In this document: piece by piece, positions 1 through 8,102 of the stretch
Numbering within the stretch: position 1 is the first letter of the stretch
Layout of the letters: every line of letters begins with the position of its first letter
From: a virus
Lineage: Duplodnaviria; Caudoviricetes
Virus record (IMG/VR): IMGVR_UViG_3300020045_007074
Coordinates: 1 to 40,635 of that record
Length of the DNA stretch: 40,635 nt
Strand: one strand, 5' to 3'
Notes under the pieces: model-generated
What the model saw: only the letters and a program-made list of their open reading frames with translations
The model's database searches: none
What the model was told of the DNA's origin: nothing
Position numbers and translations under genes: made by a program

Positions 1-115
1 TCGGGTCATGGCATTCGGGTATGCATTTAATGACGAGCCTGTCTTTTTAAATAGAATCGGGGAATGCCCGGAGCCTGCCGTCATAGATCACGTCGAAAAA
101 GGCGGCGAAGTCGTG
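1..115. repeat. Inverted copy of an internal segment of the DNA polymerase gene (31372-31486)
   Basis: 1-111 is the exact reverse complement of 31376-31486; match extends to 115 with one mismatch. Confidence 0.95.
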
Positions 116-246
116 TCGTCGGGGAAATACCGCAAGTGAAGCAACTCATTGATATCATTAAACAACCAAGCAATGACACAACAGGTTCTCAACCTGTATC
201 CGATACAGACCCCATTGAAAAATCATCGGATGATATATTCGATTGA
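112..246 (+). CDS. 3' end of a truncated gene, possibly terminase small subunit
   Basis: Open frame ending ...IEKSSDDIFD*; acidic tail and position at the head of the late arm suggest TerS (inference); the 5' part of ORF 64..246 derives from the inverted polymerase copy. Confidence 0.35.
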   Translation, partial: RVVGEIPQVKQLIDIIKQPSNDTTGSQPVSDTDPIEKSSDDIFD

Positions 247-358
247 ATCATTGAATCAAAAATAGACCCGGCCCCGGGTGCCGGCCCCCCGGAAAAAATT
301 CCGGCCATCTGCTTTTACGGGACCCTCTACTAACTAAAATTTATATTTTTTATAAAAA

Positions 359-401
359 ATGTTGCATTAAATGTTGCTTTAATTCATAAGTGCGTTACCG
401 T
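359..401 (+). promoter_or_regulatory. Putative rightward sigma70-type promoter overlapped by a double ATGTTGC box
   Basis: TTGCTT (374-379), 16 nt, TACCGT (396-401); ATGTTGCATTAAATGTTGC at 359-377; AT-rich upstream tract. Confidence 0.5.
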
Positions 402-426
402 AAATTTAAAAAGGAGGGACCAACAA

Positions 427-486
427 ATGGCAAAAGCAAAAAAAGCTTCTAAGAAAGCTTCTAAGAAGGGCGGAAAGAAGAAGTAA
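427..486 (+). CDS. 19-aa Lys-rich micropeptide MAKAKKASKKASKKGGKKK
   Basis: Hand translation; strong SD AAGGAGG just upstream; 10 of 19 residues Lys. Confidence 0.7.
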   Translation: MAKAKKASKKASKKGGKKK

Positions 487-495
487 ATAGAGTTA

Positions 496-561
496 GCCGC
501 TGGATTCTAGAACCTTGACGAAGGTGAGGCTATGTCGCTACCAAGCCAGAGAAGTAGTGGC
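496..561 (+). ncRNA. Candidate three-way-junction structured RNA
   Basis: GCCGCT 496-501/AGTGGC 556-561; TTCT 505-508/AGAA 550-553; ACCTT-GACG-AAGGT 512-525; GGCT 528-531/AGCC 544-547. Confidence 0.35.
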
Positions 562-574
562 GTTTTAATATTTT

Positions 575-650
575 AGGGGTGCGTGTAGATTCGCGTACTA
601 CGCTCCGTAAGGAAGCTGTTAACGGGAGTGCAAATCTCTCACCCTTTTCA
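575..650 (+). ncRNA. tRNA-like structured element lacking a canonical anticodon arm
   Basis: AGGGGT 575-580/ACCCTT 641-646; T-arm-like GGGAG-TGCAAAT-CTCTC 624-640; GCG/CGC stem 581-594; TCC-GTAA-GGA hairpin 604-613; no encoded CCA. Confidence 0.4.
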
Positions 651-664
651 CTTTTAGGAGAGTT

Positions 665-766
665 ATGATTTTTTTCTGGGCGTTCATTTGGGCAATTGGC
701 GGATTCATGTGTTTAAGATTTTTTTCTAACGTATCTAACAAAAAGGGGCTGTATGACAAAGAGTGA
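665..766 (+). CDS. 33-aa hydrophobic micropeptide
   Basis: MIFFWAFIWAIGGFMCLRFF...; SD AGGAG at 656-660; overlaps next start. Confidence 0.55.
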   Translation: MIFFWAFIWAIGGFMCLRFFSNVSNKKGLYDKE

Positions 767-1109
767 ATATATCGAATTCCACAAGGCGACTTGCGAGAAG
801 CTCATGGAAATTACAGCCAAGAAAAATTCTGACTATACTGGAAACACAGACGATCCTTTTAAAAACTTCAGATCCCCAGAGTACCGAGGCTACGCAACAG
901 TGGAACAAGGGTTTCTCACACGCATGGACGATAAGTTTTCTCGTATTTCCTCTTTTGTTCAAAAGGGGTCGTTACAAGTAAGTGATGAAACAGTGTTTGA
1001 TACTCTGTTTGATTTATCGAACTATTGTATTTTGATGGCGGGATATTTAAAAGAAAAACAAATGCATAACAGTCTTACCGGAGGAGAAGTAAATGGATTA
1101 CAAACCTGA
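753..1109 (+). CDS. DUF1599-like (nucleotide-modification-associated, MazG-like fold) protein
   Basis: KNSDY...DPFKNF...RMDDKFSRI...ETVFDTLFDLSNY pattern. Confidence 0.7.
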   Translation: MTKSEYIEFHKATCEKLMEITAKKNSDYTGNTDDPFKNFRSPEYRGYATVEQGFLTRMDDKFSRISSFVQKGSLQVSDETVFDTLFDLSNYCILMAGYLKEKQMHNSLTGGEVNGLQT

Positions 1110-1380
1110 AAAGGATGAAATAGCTAAAGCAAAAATGTTTATCAACGAGTACATAACTAAACGAAAAACCATCAACAGAAACTATAATTCTTATAGTTTG
1201 AAACACATGGTTGAAAGTAAAATGGGCGGATATGTAAGCAACGATGCGTTCATACAAGCGGCTAAAGAATTAGGGTATGAGATAGCTTGGATACCTTACA
1301 GCAGAATTAATTGTTGGTTTAATATGTCTATTATCAGAAAGAAGTTGGAAGCGGCGCCAAGAGCTGCGTTAAAGGACTAA
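1093..1380 (+). CDS. Phage hypothetical protein
   Basis: SD GGAG; SYSLKH...YVSNDAFI...GY...WFN pattern resembles a recurrent phage family of unknown function. Confidence 0.7.
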   Translation: MDYKPEKDEIAKAKMFINEYITKRKTINRNYNSYSLKHMVESKMGGYVSNDAFIQAAKELGYEIAWIPYSRINCWFNMSIIRKKLEAAPRAALKD

Positions 1381-1381
1381 A

Positions 1382-1780
1382 ATGAAAAAGGGGTGTAACG
1401 TGGAATTTTTAATTTTCTTCGCGATGTCGTTTATCTTGTGTGTGGTGTCCGGGTATCTTTATCTTAAAAAAGAAGATACGGATTATTCTAGGTTAAATAG
1501 GCAAGTTCTTGACCTTCATGGCGCGGTAAAAGCTTTAGAGGTTAAAACAAACGACACACGCAAGGAAGTTCTAACAACGGAAGTTATTAATGTGGTTAAT
1601 GACCGGATTACCTCAGTGGAAGTTGAAATAGCAGAAGTTAAAAAGAATCCTCCCGTTATGAACCTGGTTTTAAAACAGCCGGTAAAAGTTTTAATGAAAC
1701 AAATTCCTTCCGCTCCGATCTCGGTACTACCGGGGCTTACTCCAAAACTTAAAAAGCAAATGAACAAATTAGCGCAATGA
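1382..1780 (+). CDS. Hypothetical protein, N-terminal TM plus coiled coil
   Basis: Hydrophobic N-terminus followed by heptad-like segment. Confidence 0.7.
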   Translation: MKKGCNVEFLIFFAMSFILCVVSGYLYLKKEDTDYSRLNRQVLDLHGAVKALEVKTNDTRKEVLTTEVINVVNDRITSVEVEIAEVKKNPPVMNLVLKQPVKVLMKQIPSAPISVLPGLTPKLKKQMNKLAQ

Positions 1781-1947
1781 TCGACGAAAATAAACTCTCT
1801 GAATATTGGTATGAGTGGCGGTTAGAGGAGCGTATCAAAATGAAGAAACGTTTTGCTGCGCAAAGAGAATTTGATTTTTATTTTGAAGAAGAAAAAAAGC
1901 CCGTTCTTTGCCCGGACTGTTGGGGGGCAGAAGATGTCAGCATTTGA
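1777..1947 (+). CDS. 56-aa hypothetical protein with CPDC motif
   Basis: Hand translation MIDENKLSEYWYEW...VLCPDCWGAEDVSI*; ATGA overlap with upstream stop. Confidence 0.55.
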   Translation: MIDENKLSEYWYEWRLEERIKMKKRFAAQREFDFYFEEEKKPVLCPDCWGAEDVSI

Positions 1948-2038
1948 ATTTCTTCTAACGAGGATGTCGGTCATGACTATTCTTGCTACGATGTTTTTTG
2001 GGCTGTTGGTTTTTATTATTTTGGACCGTTGGAAATGA
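1934..2038 (+). CDS. 34-aa membrane micropeptide
   Basis: MSAFEFLL...FFGLLVFIILDRWK; G-rich SD; more likely start than 1853. Confidence 0.5.
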   Translation: MSAFEFLLTRMSVMTILATMFFGLLVFIILDRWK

Positions 2039-2271
2039 AAGTCATTATCGCGGGGTCTTATGATCAGTACCTTCGATGTTTAAAAGAAAATAATCTAAAA
2101 CGAGATCACGTCCCTTACATTCGAGTACCGAGTCACATAGAGAGAATAACAGAATCAGTAGAGCCTATTTATTACGGAACGTTTTACCAGAATCCAGCAC
2201 TTGACGAAATAGAAAGAGTAATGCGCAGTAAGGGGATTAAGGTACGCGGGGAATATATAAAAAATGGATAA
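2029..2271 (+). CDS. Hypothetical protein
   Basis: 80-aa ORF in tightly overlapping run. Confidence 0.6.
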   Translation: MEMKVIIAGSYDQYLRCLKENNLKRDHVPYIRVPSHIERITESVEPIYYGTFYQNPALDEIERVMRSKGIKVRGEYIKNG

Positions 2272-2449
2272 GCTTGATTATATAGAATATGACTTCAAAC
2301 AAATGTTAGAAACCGGAAGGTATCACGTTACCCCCGGGGATATTCATTGGTTGATCGAGCAAGTTAAAAGTTTAAGAGAAGCGTTAAAAGAAATAAAAAG
2401 AGACTGTGAAGTTAAAGACGTGTATTTCAAAGTGCTAGAAGATAACTGA
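2264..2449 (+). CDS. Hypothetical protein
   Basis: 61 aa; DIHWLIEQVKSLREAL motif; overlap coupling. Confidence 0.6.
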   Translation: MDKLDYIEYDFKQMLETGRYHVTPGDIHWLIEQVKSLREALKEIKRDCEVKDVYFKVLEDN

Positions 2450-2539
2450 CATGGCGGACATGCCGGAGTGGGCGTCTCTTACTGTCATACATTTGTACGT
2501 GGCGCTTTGGTTGTTGTCTTATAAATAAAAGGAGAAAAA

Positions 2540-3370
2540 ATGTACCGCGATGATTTAGGTCTTATTGTTCAGAAGAATGGCGACGGCGGGGACACTTTGC
2601 AGCGGACCGGGTTTTTTTATTTACCGGGATTGATTAAGGGAGCGGTAGGGGCGCGGAGTTGTTACACACAAGAAATTGAAATGTTGTGGGGAGCTGAAGG
2701 TCCGACAAGACACATAAGGCAATGGCCTGCGCAAAAAGAAGTTTCCAGAGATCAGTTAACTCCGAATGTGGCAGCACTCGGTTTTTTAGGTGCGGTAAGT
2801 AAAATTGATTTTCTTTGGGCTAAATTACGCGGCAATTGGTTTCGATATCCGAATGGAACGGACGTCGCAAGCCCGGAGCACATTGGAATTTTTCTTAGGG
2901 CGTGGATTAAATCCGGTGGGTCAGGAATTTTTTTGATTTATCCTCTTTTACTTTTAGGGGATCTGTTCATGCTTTTAGGAGTAGTGATTAGATGCATTCA
3001 GGCGAGAGAACCGGGGCGTATTCAAAAATGGTTAGGGGCGAACGTGCATTGGATTTTTGTTGCGGGAGAACCGCCTAGGGTTGACGGCAACAAAGTGGTC
3101 AAGGTTAACGATGCTTACGGCCCGGACAATGTTGGCGGCGATTTGAATACTTTAGTTTCAGTAGTTCAGGCGCAGTATGTATGCGGCACTCCTATCTCGT
3201 GGCTTGCGAGGAAATATTATAAGCGGTTTCGTCCGATGCCATTCATAACATTGCACGGGCCCATGAGTACAAACAGTATTTTTTTGGCGCTAGTTTGGTG
3301 CTGTAGAGAAGAAAGTGGAGGCAATCCTGAAATTGCGCTTGCCTGGAAGGATCTTTGCGACAATCTTTAG
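2540..3370 (+). CDS. Hypothetical protein (276 aa)
   Basis: Strong SD AAGGAG; long ORF; no family recognised. Confidence 0.8.
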   Translation: MYRDDLGLIVQKNGDGGDTLQRTGFFYLPGLIKGAVGARSCYTQEIEMLWGAEGPTRHIRQWPAQKEVSRDQLTPNVAALGFLGAVSKIDFLWAKLRGNWFRYPNGTDVASPEHIGIFLRAWIKSGGSGIFLIYPLLLLGDLFMLLGVVIRCIQAREPGRIQKWLGANVHWIFVAGEPPRVDGNKVVKVNDAYGPDNVGGDLNTLVSVVQAQYVCGTPISWLARKYYKRFRPMPFITLHGPMSTNSIFLALVWCCREESGGNPEIALAWKDLCDNL

Positions 3371-3373
3371 ATC

Positions 3374-3496
3374 ATGGACAATGACGAGATAAAGCAGTTG
3401 AATATTAATTTGGATCTGGTTTTAAAGAACCTGACAAAAATGTTAGACACTCTAGAAAAACTTTTATCGGAATTTAAAAATAAAAAGGACAAATGA
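3374..3496 (+). CDS. 40-aa coiled-coil-like peptide
   Basis: MDNDEIKQLNINLDLVLKNL...; ATGA overlap with terL start. Confidence 0.5.
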   Translation: MDNDEIKQLNINLDLVLKNLTKMLDTLEKLLSEFKNKKDK

Positions 3497-5031
3497 GCAG
3501 ACCCTACTCAGCGGCAGACGAACAAAAGTTAATGATAGAGCTTTGGGACCCAGCGCTCGCTGAAGATTTATATAAGTTTGTCATGTTTGTTTACCCTTGG
3601 GGAAAACTTGGGACACCTTTAGAAAAAGAAAAAGGACCTAGGAGCTGGCAAAAAGAATTACTCGACGAAATTACTCAGCATATAAAAGAAAATAAAGTTT
3701 TAATTTATAACGGAAAAGAACCAAAGATTTTTCAATCCGCTACGGCTTCGGGCCGAGGAATTGGAAAATCATCGTTTAATGCGTGGCTCATTCATTGGAT
3801 GCTATCAACGCAGATAGGATCTACGACGATTGTTACCGCGAACACCGAAGATCAGTTAAAATCAAAAACGTGGGGCGAGGTGGGGAAATGGTTAACTCTC
3901 TCGATTAATGGGCATTGGTTTGATAAAACAGCACTTTCGGTTGTCCCCCAAGAATGGTTTAAAGAAGCGCTAAAGAATCAGTTAAAAATTGACTCAACTT
4001 ACTATTATGCGAAAGCACAACTTTGGTCAGAAGAGTCACCTGATTCTTTTGCTGGCGCGCACAATATGGCGGGGATGAATTTGATATTTGACGAGGCGTC
4101 AGGTATACCGCCTAAAATCTGGGCTGTATCTGAAGGATTTTTTACGGAGCCTATTCTGCATAGGTACTGGGCTGTATTTTCAAACCCTAGACGAAATACT
4201 GGGCAGTTTTTTGAGTGCTTTCATAAATTTAGAAATTATTGGCGCAGGCGGAATATTGATTCAAGAACGGTAGAGGGGACTGATAAGGCGCTTCTACAAA
4301 ATATTGTTGAGAAATACGGGGAGGATTCGGATGAGGCAAGGGTTGAGGTTAAAGGTCAATTTCCCCGACAAGGAGACCGTCAGTTTATATCGAGAGAGGT
4401 TGTCGAAAATGCGAGCAAAAGGGAATTACAAAACGATGCTCATGCAGCACTTATCATGGGAGTCGACCCCGCAAGGTTTGGGGATGACTCTACGGTTATT
4501 CGGTTCAGACAAGGAAGAAACGCAAGAATTATTAAACCTGTTGTTCTCAAGCATTTTGACAACATGGCAGTGGCGAATACATGCGCAGAGCTTATCGAGA
4601 AATATAATCCCGATGCAGTTTGCGTTGACGCTGGAAACGGCACAGGAATCATCGACAGACTAAGGGAAATGAAGTTTAAAGTGTATGAGGTTTGGTTTGG
4701 GTCAAAGGCCGAGGACGAGGAATGGGCGAATAAAAGAACCGAACTTTGGGCCAGGATGAAAGATTGGCTAGGCGGGGCGTGCATTGACAATGATCCAGAT
4801 TTAGTGGACGATTTTACCGGGCCCCAGTATAAATTTATGGGTTCGTCCGACAAGATTATGTTGGAAACTAAAGAGGATATGAAACGCAGAGGCCATGCTT
4901 CTCCCGATCATGCCGACGCCCTGGCCTGCACTTTTGCGGTAAAAGTGGCAAGGCGCGACTTAAAGTTATCAACGGGCGGCATTAAAATCAGGACCGCAAA
5001 AGGTATGGACTATAAAATATTTGGGGATTAG
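3493..5031 (+). CDS. terL: Terminase large subunit
   Basis: Walker A SGRGIGKS, Walker B IFDEAS, coupling motif FSNP, nuclease GVDPARFGDD and SPDHADALA. Confidence 0.95.
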   Translation: MSRPYSAADEQKLMIELWDPALAEDLYKFVMFVYPWGKLGTPLEKEKGPRSWQKELLDEITQHIKENKVLIYNGKEPKIFQSATASGRGIGKSSFNAWLIHWMLSTQIGSTTIVTANTEDQLKSKTWGEVGKWLTLSINGHWFDKTALSVVPQEWFKEALKNQLKIDSTYYYAKAQLWSEESPDSFAGAHNMAGMNLIFDEASGIPPKIWAVSEGFFTEPILHRYWAVFSNPRRNTGQFFECFHKFRNYWRRRNIDSRTVEGTDKALLQNIVEKYGEDSDEARVEVKGQFPRQGDRQFISREVVENASKRELQNDAHAALIMGVDPARFGDDSTVIRFRQGRNARIIKPVVLKHFDNMAVANTCAELIEKYNPDAVCVDAGNGTGIIDRLREMKFKVYEVWFGSKAEDEEWANKRTELWARMKDWLGGACIDNDPDLVDDFTGPQYKFMGSSDKIMLETKEDMKRRGHASPDHADALACTFAVKVARRDLKLSTGGIKIRTAKGMDYKIFGD

Positions 5032-5068
5032 GATTTAAGTAAGTTTGTCTAAAATAAGGGGTTAGAAA

Positions 5069-5272
5069 ATGCAAGAGCAATCACTTAAGGGCGCGATGAA
5101 AGCGGGTCTTCCAACTCCGCCTCCTCCGCCTCCCGATTTAAACGCAGCGGCAGAAGCCAAAAAATTATACGACGAAAAAAATAGACGTGGACGAGCGTCT
5201 ACGGTATTGACGGGAGCTGGCGGGTTGAGTGCTCCGGTCACTTCTTCGACAAGAACACTTCTAGGGGCGTAA
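5069..5272 (+). CDS. Small Pro-rich protein preceding portal
   Basis: PPPPPP...RRGRASTVLTG...TLLG pattern typical of the pre-portal gene in such podoviruses. Confidence 0.7.
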   Translation: MQEQSLKGAMKAGLPTPPPPPPDLNAAAEAKKLYDEKNRRGRASTVLTGAGGLSAPVTSSTRTLLGA

Positions 5273-5273
5273 C

Positions 5274-6950
5274 TTGGAATATGACAAACAGAAAATAAAG
5301 GCCAAAGAAAAGGCCGACGAAATTGCTGACGAGATAATCAAAGAGTACGGTCGTCTTTCCGGCGATAGATTTAATTTTGAATCGCACTGGCAAGAAATTG
5401 CCGAGCGCATGGTCCCTTCACATTCAAGACAATTTAATTCGCAAGATCAAAGTCTTTACACTCAAGGCGAGAAAAGAACAGAGCACATTTTTGATTCAAC
5501 AGCGGCAATCGCTCTTACTCGTTTTGCAGCTATACTTGATTCTTTACTTACTCCTCGTAACCAAATGTGGCACAGAGTTTTAGCAAGTGAGCCGGAATTA
5601 AATAAAGACCATGAAGTTAAAAAATGGTTTGAACAATTAAACAGAATTTTATTCAAATACAGATACGCCCCCCTTGCAAACTTCGCGTCTCAGAATCAAC
5701 AAAATTATAAATCTCTAGGAGCTTACGGCACCGGATGCGTATTCATAGACGGGCTAGACGGAGCTATCGGGCTTAGGTATAAAAACATTCATCTTTCACA
5801 GATATATTTTTCCGAGACGCATCAAGGGATTGTCGATAAGGCGCTAAGATATTTTCCATTTACTGCGAGACAAGCGGCGCAAAAATGGGGAGCAGACAAT
5901 CTTCCTCCGCAAATTAAAAACGCTTTAGACCAAAATTCTGAGAGAAAGTTTTTCTTCATTCATTGTGTTAAGCCCAGGACAGATTTAGTTTACGGGCGAA
6001 AAGATTTTAAAGGAATGAAATACGCATCGTACTATGTATCTATGGACGGAAAGACCGTCATGGGCGAGGGGGGATATAATACTTTCCCTTATGCTATTTC
6101 AAGATACGAGCAAGCCGAGAATGAAGTTTACGGCAGATCCCCCGCAATGGACGTTTTGCCAGCGGTTAAAACTTTGAATGAAGAAAAGAAAGCAATTTTA
6201 AAACAAGGCCATCGAGCACTTGACCCGATAGTTTTAGCGCATGACGACGGAGTGGCCGACGCTTTTTCTTGGAAACCGGGGACGGTAGTTTCAGGAGGGG
6301 TAAGCGCTGACGGACGTCCGATGCTTCAGACCTTGCAAACAGGACAGTTACAAATCGGAAAAGAACTTATGGACGACGAGCGCGCGGTCATAAACGATGC
6401 GTTCTTAATTACGATTTTTCAGATTTTGACAGAAACTCCCACAATGACCGCAACGGAGGTCGCAGAAAGAGCCCGTGAAAAGGGAATACTCCTCGCGCCA
6501 ACTATTGGAAGACAACAATCGGAATACCTGGGACCCATGATCGACAGAGAAATAGATGTTTTAATGCGGCAAGGTTTGATTCCTCCAATGCCTCAAGGGT
6601 TAAGGGAAGCAAAAGGCGATTACCGGGTTGAGTATGATTCTCCCCTATCTCGCGCAGCTCGAGCAGAAGAAGTGGCAGGGGTTATGCGCACTTTAGAGTC
6701 GGCCATTAACGTAGCCACTGCTACCGGAGATCCTTCTCAACTTGACTATTTTGATTTTGACATTATCATTCCGGCAATGGCTGAGATTCAAGCCGTCCCG
6801 CCATCTTGGATGCGTGCGCAAAAAGACGTAGACGAGATAAGAGCGGGACGTGCGCAACAGGCGCAGCAAGAGCAAATGATTAACGCGGCTCCGGGAGCGG
6901 CAGCGATAGTAAAAGCCGCATCGGTCGCTAAAAAGAGCGGGGCTATCTGA
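5274..6950 (+). CDS. Portal protein (T7-like head-tail connector)
   Basis: 558 aa; FDSTA, YGTG, EVYGRSPAM, MTATEV motifs; TTG start with SD. Confidence 0.93.
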   Translation: MEYDKQKIKAKEKADEIADEIIKEYGRLSGDRFNFESHWQEIAERMVPSHSRQFNSQDQSLYTQGEKRTEHIFDSTAAIALTRFAAILDSLLTPRNQMWHRVLASEPELNKDHEVKKWFEQLNRILFKYRYAPLANFASQNQQNYKSLGAYGTGCVFIDGLDGAIGLRYKNIHLSQIYFSETHQGIVDKALRYFPFTARQAAQKWGADNLPPQIKNALDQNSERKFFFIHCVKPRTDLVYGRKDFKGMKYASYYVSMDGKTVMGEGGYNTFPYAISRYEQAENEVYGRSPAMDVLPAVKTLNEEKKAILKQGHRALDPIVLAHDDGVADAFSWKPGTVVSGGVSADGRPMLQTLQTGQLQIGKELMDDERAVINDAFLITIFQILTETPTMTATEVAERAREKGILLAPTIGRQQSEYLGPMIDREIDVLMRQGLIPPMPQGLREAKGDYRVEYDSPLSRAARAEEVAGVMRTLESAINVATATGDPSQLDYFDFDIIIPAMAEIQAVPPSWMRAQKDVDEIRAGRAQQAQQEQMINAAPGAAAIVKAASVAKKSGAI

Positions 6951-7225
6951 ACCAAATTTTTAAAGACGTAGTTGATAAATTACGCAACATTTTGTTTGCA
7001 AGGCAGCACTCTTATCAAGTAACTTTCAAAGGGGTTCACGGGGAAAAAGTTCTAGCTGATTTAGCTAGATTTTGTAAAGCCCACGACACCACGATTAGTC
7101 CTAAAGAGGACAAATTGACATACGTCTATGAGGGACGGCGCGAAGTTTGGATAAGAATACAAAGACAACTTAACCTATCTCAAGATCAAATCTGGGATTT
7201 GTACGGACGAAAGGACTTAGAATGA
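6947..7225 (+). CDS. Bbp19-like small protein between portal and scaffold
   Basis: GEKVLADLARFC...EGRREVW pattern; start uncertain (CTG 6947 or TTG 6992). Confidence 0.7.
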   Translation: MNQIFKDVVDKLRNILFARQHSYQVTFKGVHGEKVLADLARFCKAHDTTISPKEDKLTYVYEGRREVWIRIQRQLNLSQDQIWDLYGRKDLE

Positions 7226-8091
7226 GCACAGACGGAGGAGCCCCCGGAGCAGGAGCCGGACAAGGTGGGGACGGCGCAGGAGCAGGAGCAGGTAACACAG
7301 GTGCGGGAGCAGGAGCAGGTGCCCCACCGAGCCCAGACTGGACTTCCGGTTTTAACGACGAGTTAAAAGGGTATGTCACAAGCAAAGGATTTAAAGATCC
7401 AGCTTCAGTTTTAGAATCATACCGAAATAGTGAAAGTTTAATCGGAAAATTAAAAGGTGTCGGTTCAGACAGAATCATAGGGCTCCCAGAAAAAGCAGAC
7501 GCTCCCGAATGGAAAGATATTTGGCAAAAACTCGGCACGCCAAAAGAGGCGAAAGAATATCAATTTGAGGCAGGCGGCGACGAAAAGTTTTCTGAATGGG
7601 CTAAAAATACCATGCATAAGCTCAATATACCAAGGGCTCAAGCTGAAACACTTGTAAAAGAGTGGAATCAATACACGAGCAATAAGAATCAAGAAATTTT
7701 AAAGAATTTTCAAGGCCAAGTGACCCAACAAGAGGAAGCTTTAAAAACTGAATGGGGCCAAGCTTACGAACAAAACATAAAAGTAGGGCAAAGCGCGGTT
7801 AGAGAATTCGGATTCACTGCGGAAGTAGTCGATGCGCTAGAACAGTCTATGGGGTACGCAGGAGTTATGAAGTTCATGCACACTCTCGGGTCAAAAGTCG
7901 GGGAAGACAACTTTGTCGGATCTGGCGGCGGCGGAGCGGACGGTAGTTTCGGCGGGGGCAAATTAACTCCCGGCCAGGCTACTGCGGAAATATCTGCTAA
8001 AATGCAAGACGTCGATTTTCAACGCAGACTTATCGCGGGGGAACAAAACGCAAATGACGAATGGACTAGACTACATAAATTTTTAGGATGA
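7222..8091 (+). CDS. Capsid scaffolding protein
   Basis: Position before capsid; G/A-rich N-terminus; helical body with LKTEWG motif. Confidence 0.8.
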   Translation: MSTDGGAPGAGAGQGGDGAGAGAGNTGAGAGAGAPPSPDWTSGFNDELKGYVTSKGFKDPASVLESYRNSESLIGKLKGVGSDRIIGLPEKADAPEWKDIWQKLGTPKEAKEYQFEAGGDEKFSEWAKNTMHKLNIPRAQAETLVKEWNQYTSNKNQEILKNFQGQVTQQEEALKTEWGQAYEQNIKVGQSAVREFGFTAEVVDALEQSMGYAGVMKFMHTLGSKVGEDNFVGSGGGGADGSFGGGKLTPGQATAEISAKMQDVDFQRRLIAGEQNANDEWTRLHKFLG

Positions 8092-8102
8092 CCGATAGTG
8101 TA

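Noticed and set aside
1-115. Terminal repeat indicating a complete genome
   Set aside because: The match is to an internal gene, not the other end; both ends cut through genes
4088-4853. Overlapping ORFs inside terL, and similar shadow ORFs in other long genes (e.g. 26839-27324, 34799-35224)
   Set aside because: Alternative-frame or antisense shadows with no convincing SD or recognisable motifs
6984-6990. Isolated GCAACAT/ATGTTGC hits here and near 11979
   Set aside because: Single 7-8-mers inside coding sequence are expected by chance
7234-7325. GGAGCA-type repeats in the scaffold gene
   Set aside because: Encode a low-complexity Gly/Ala linker, common in scaffold N-termini
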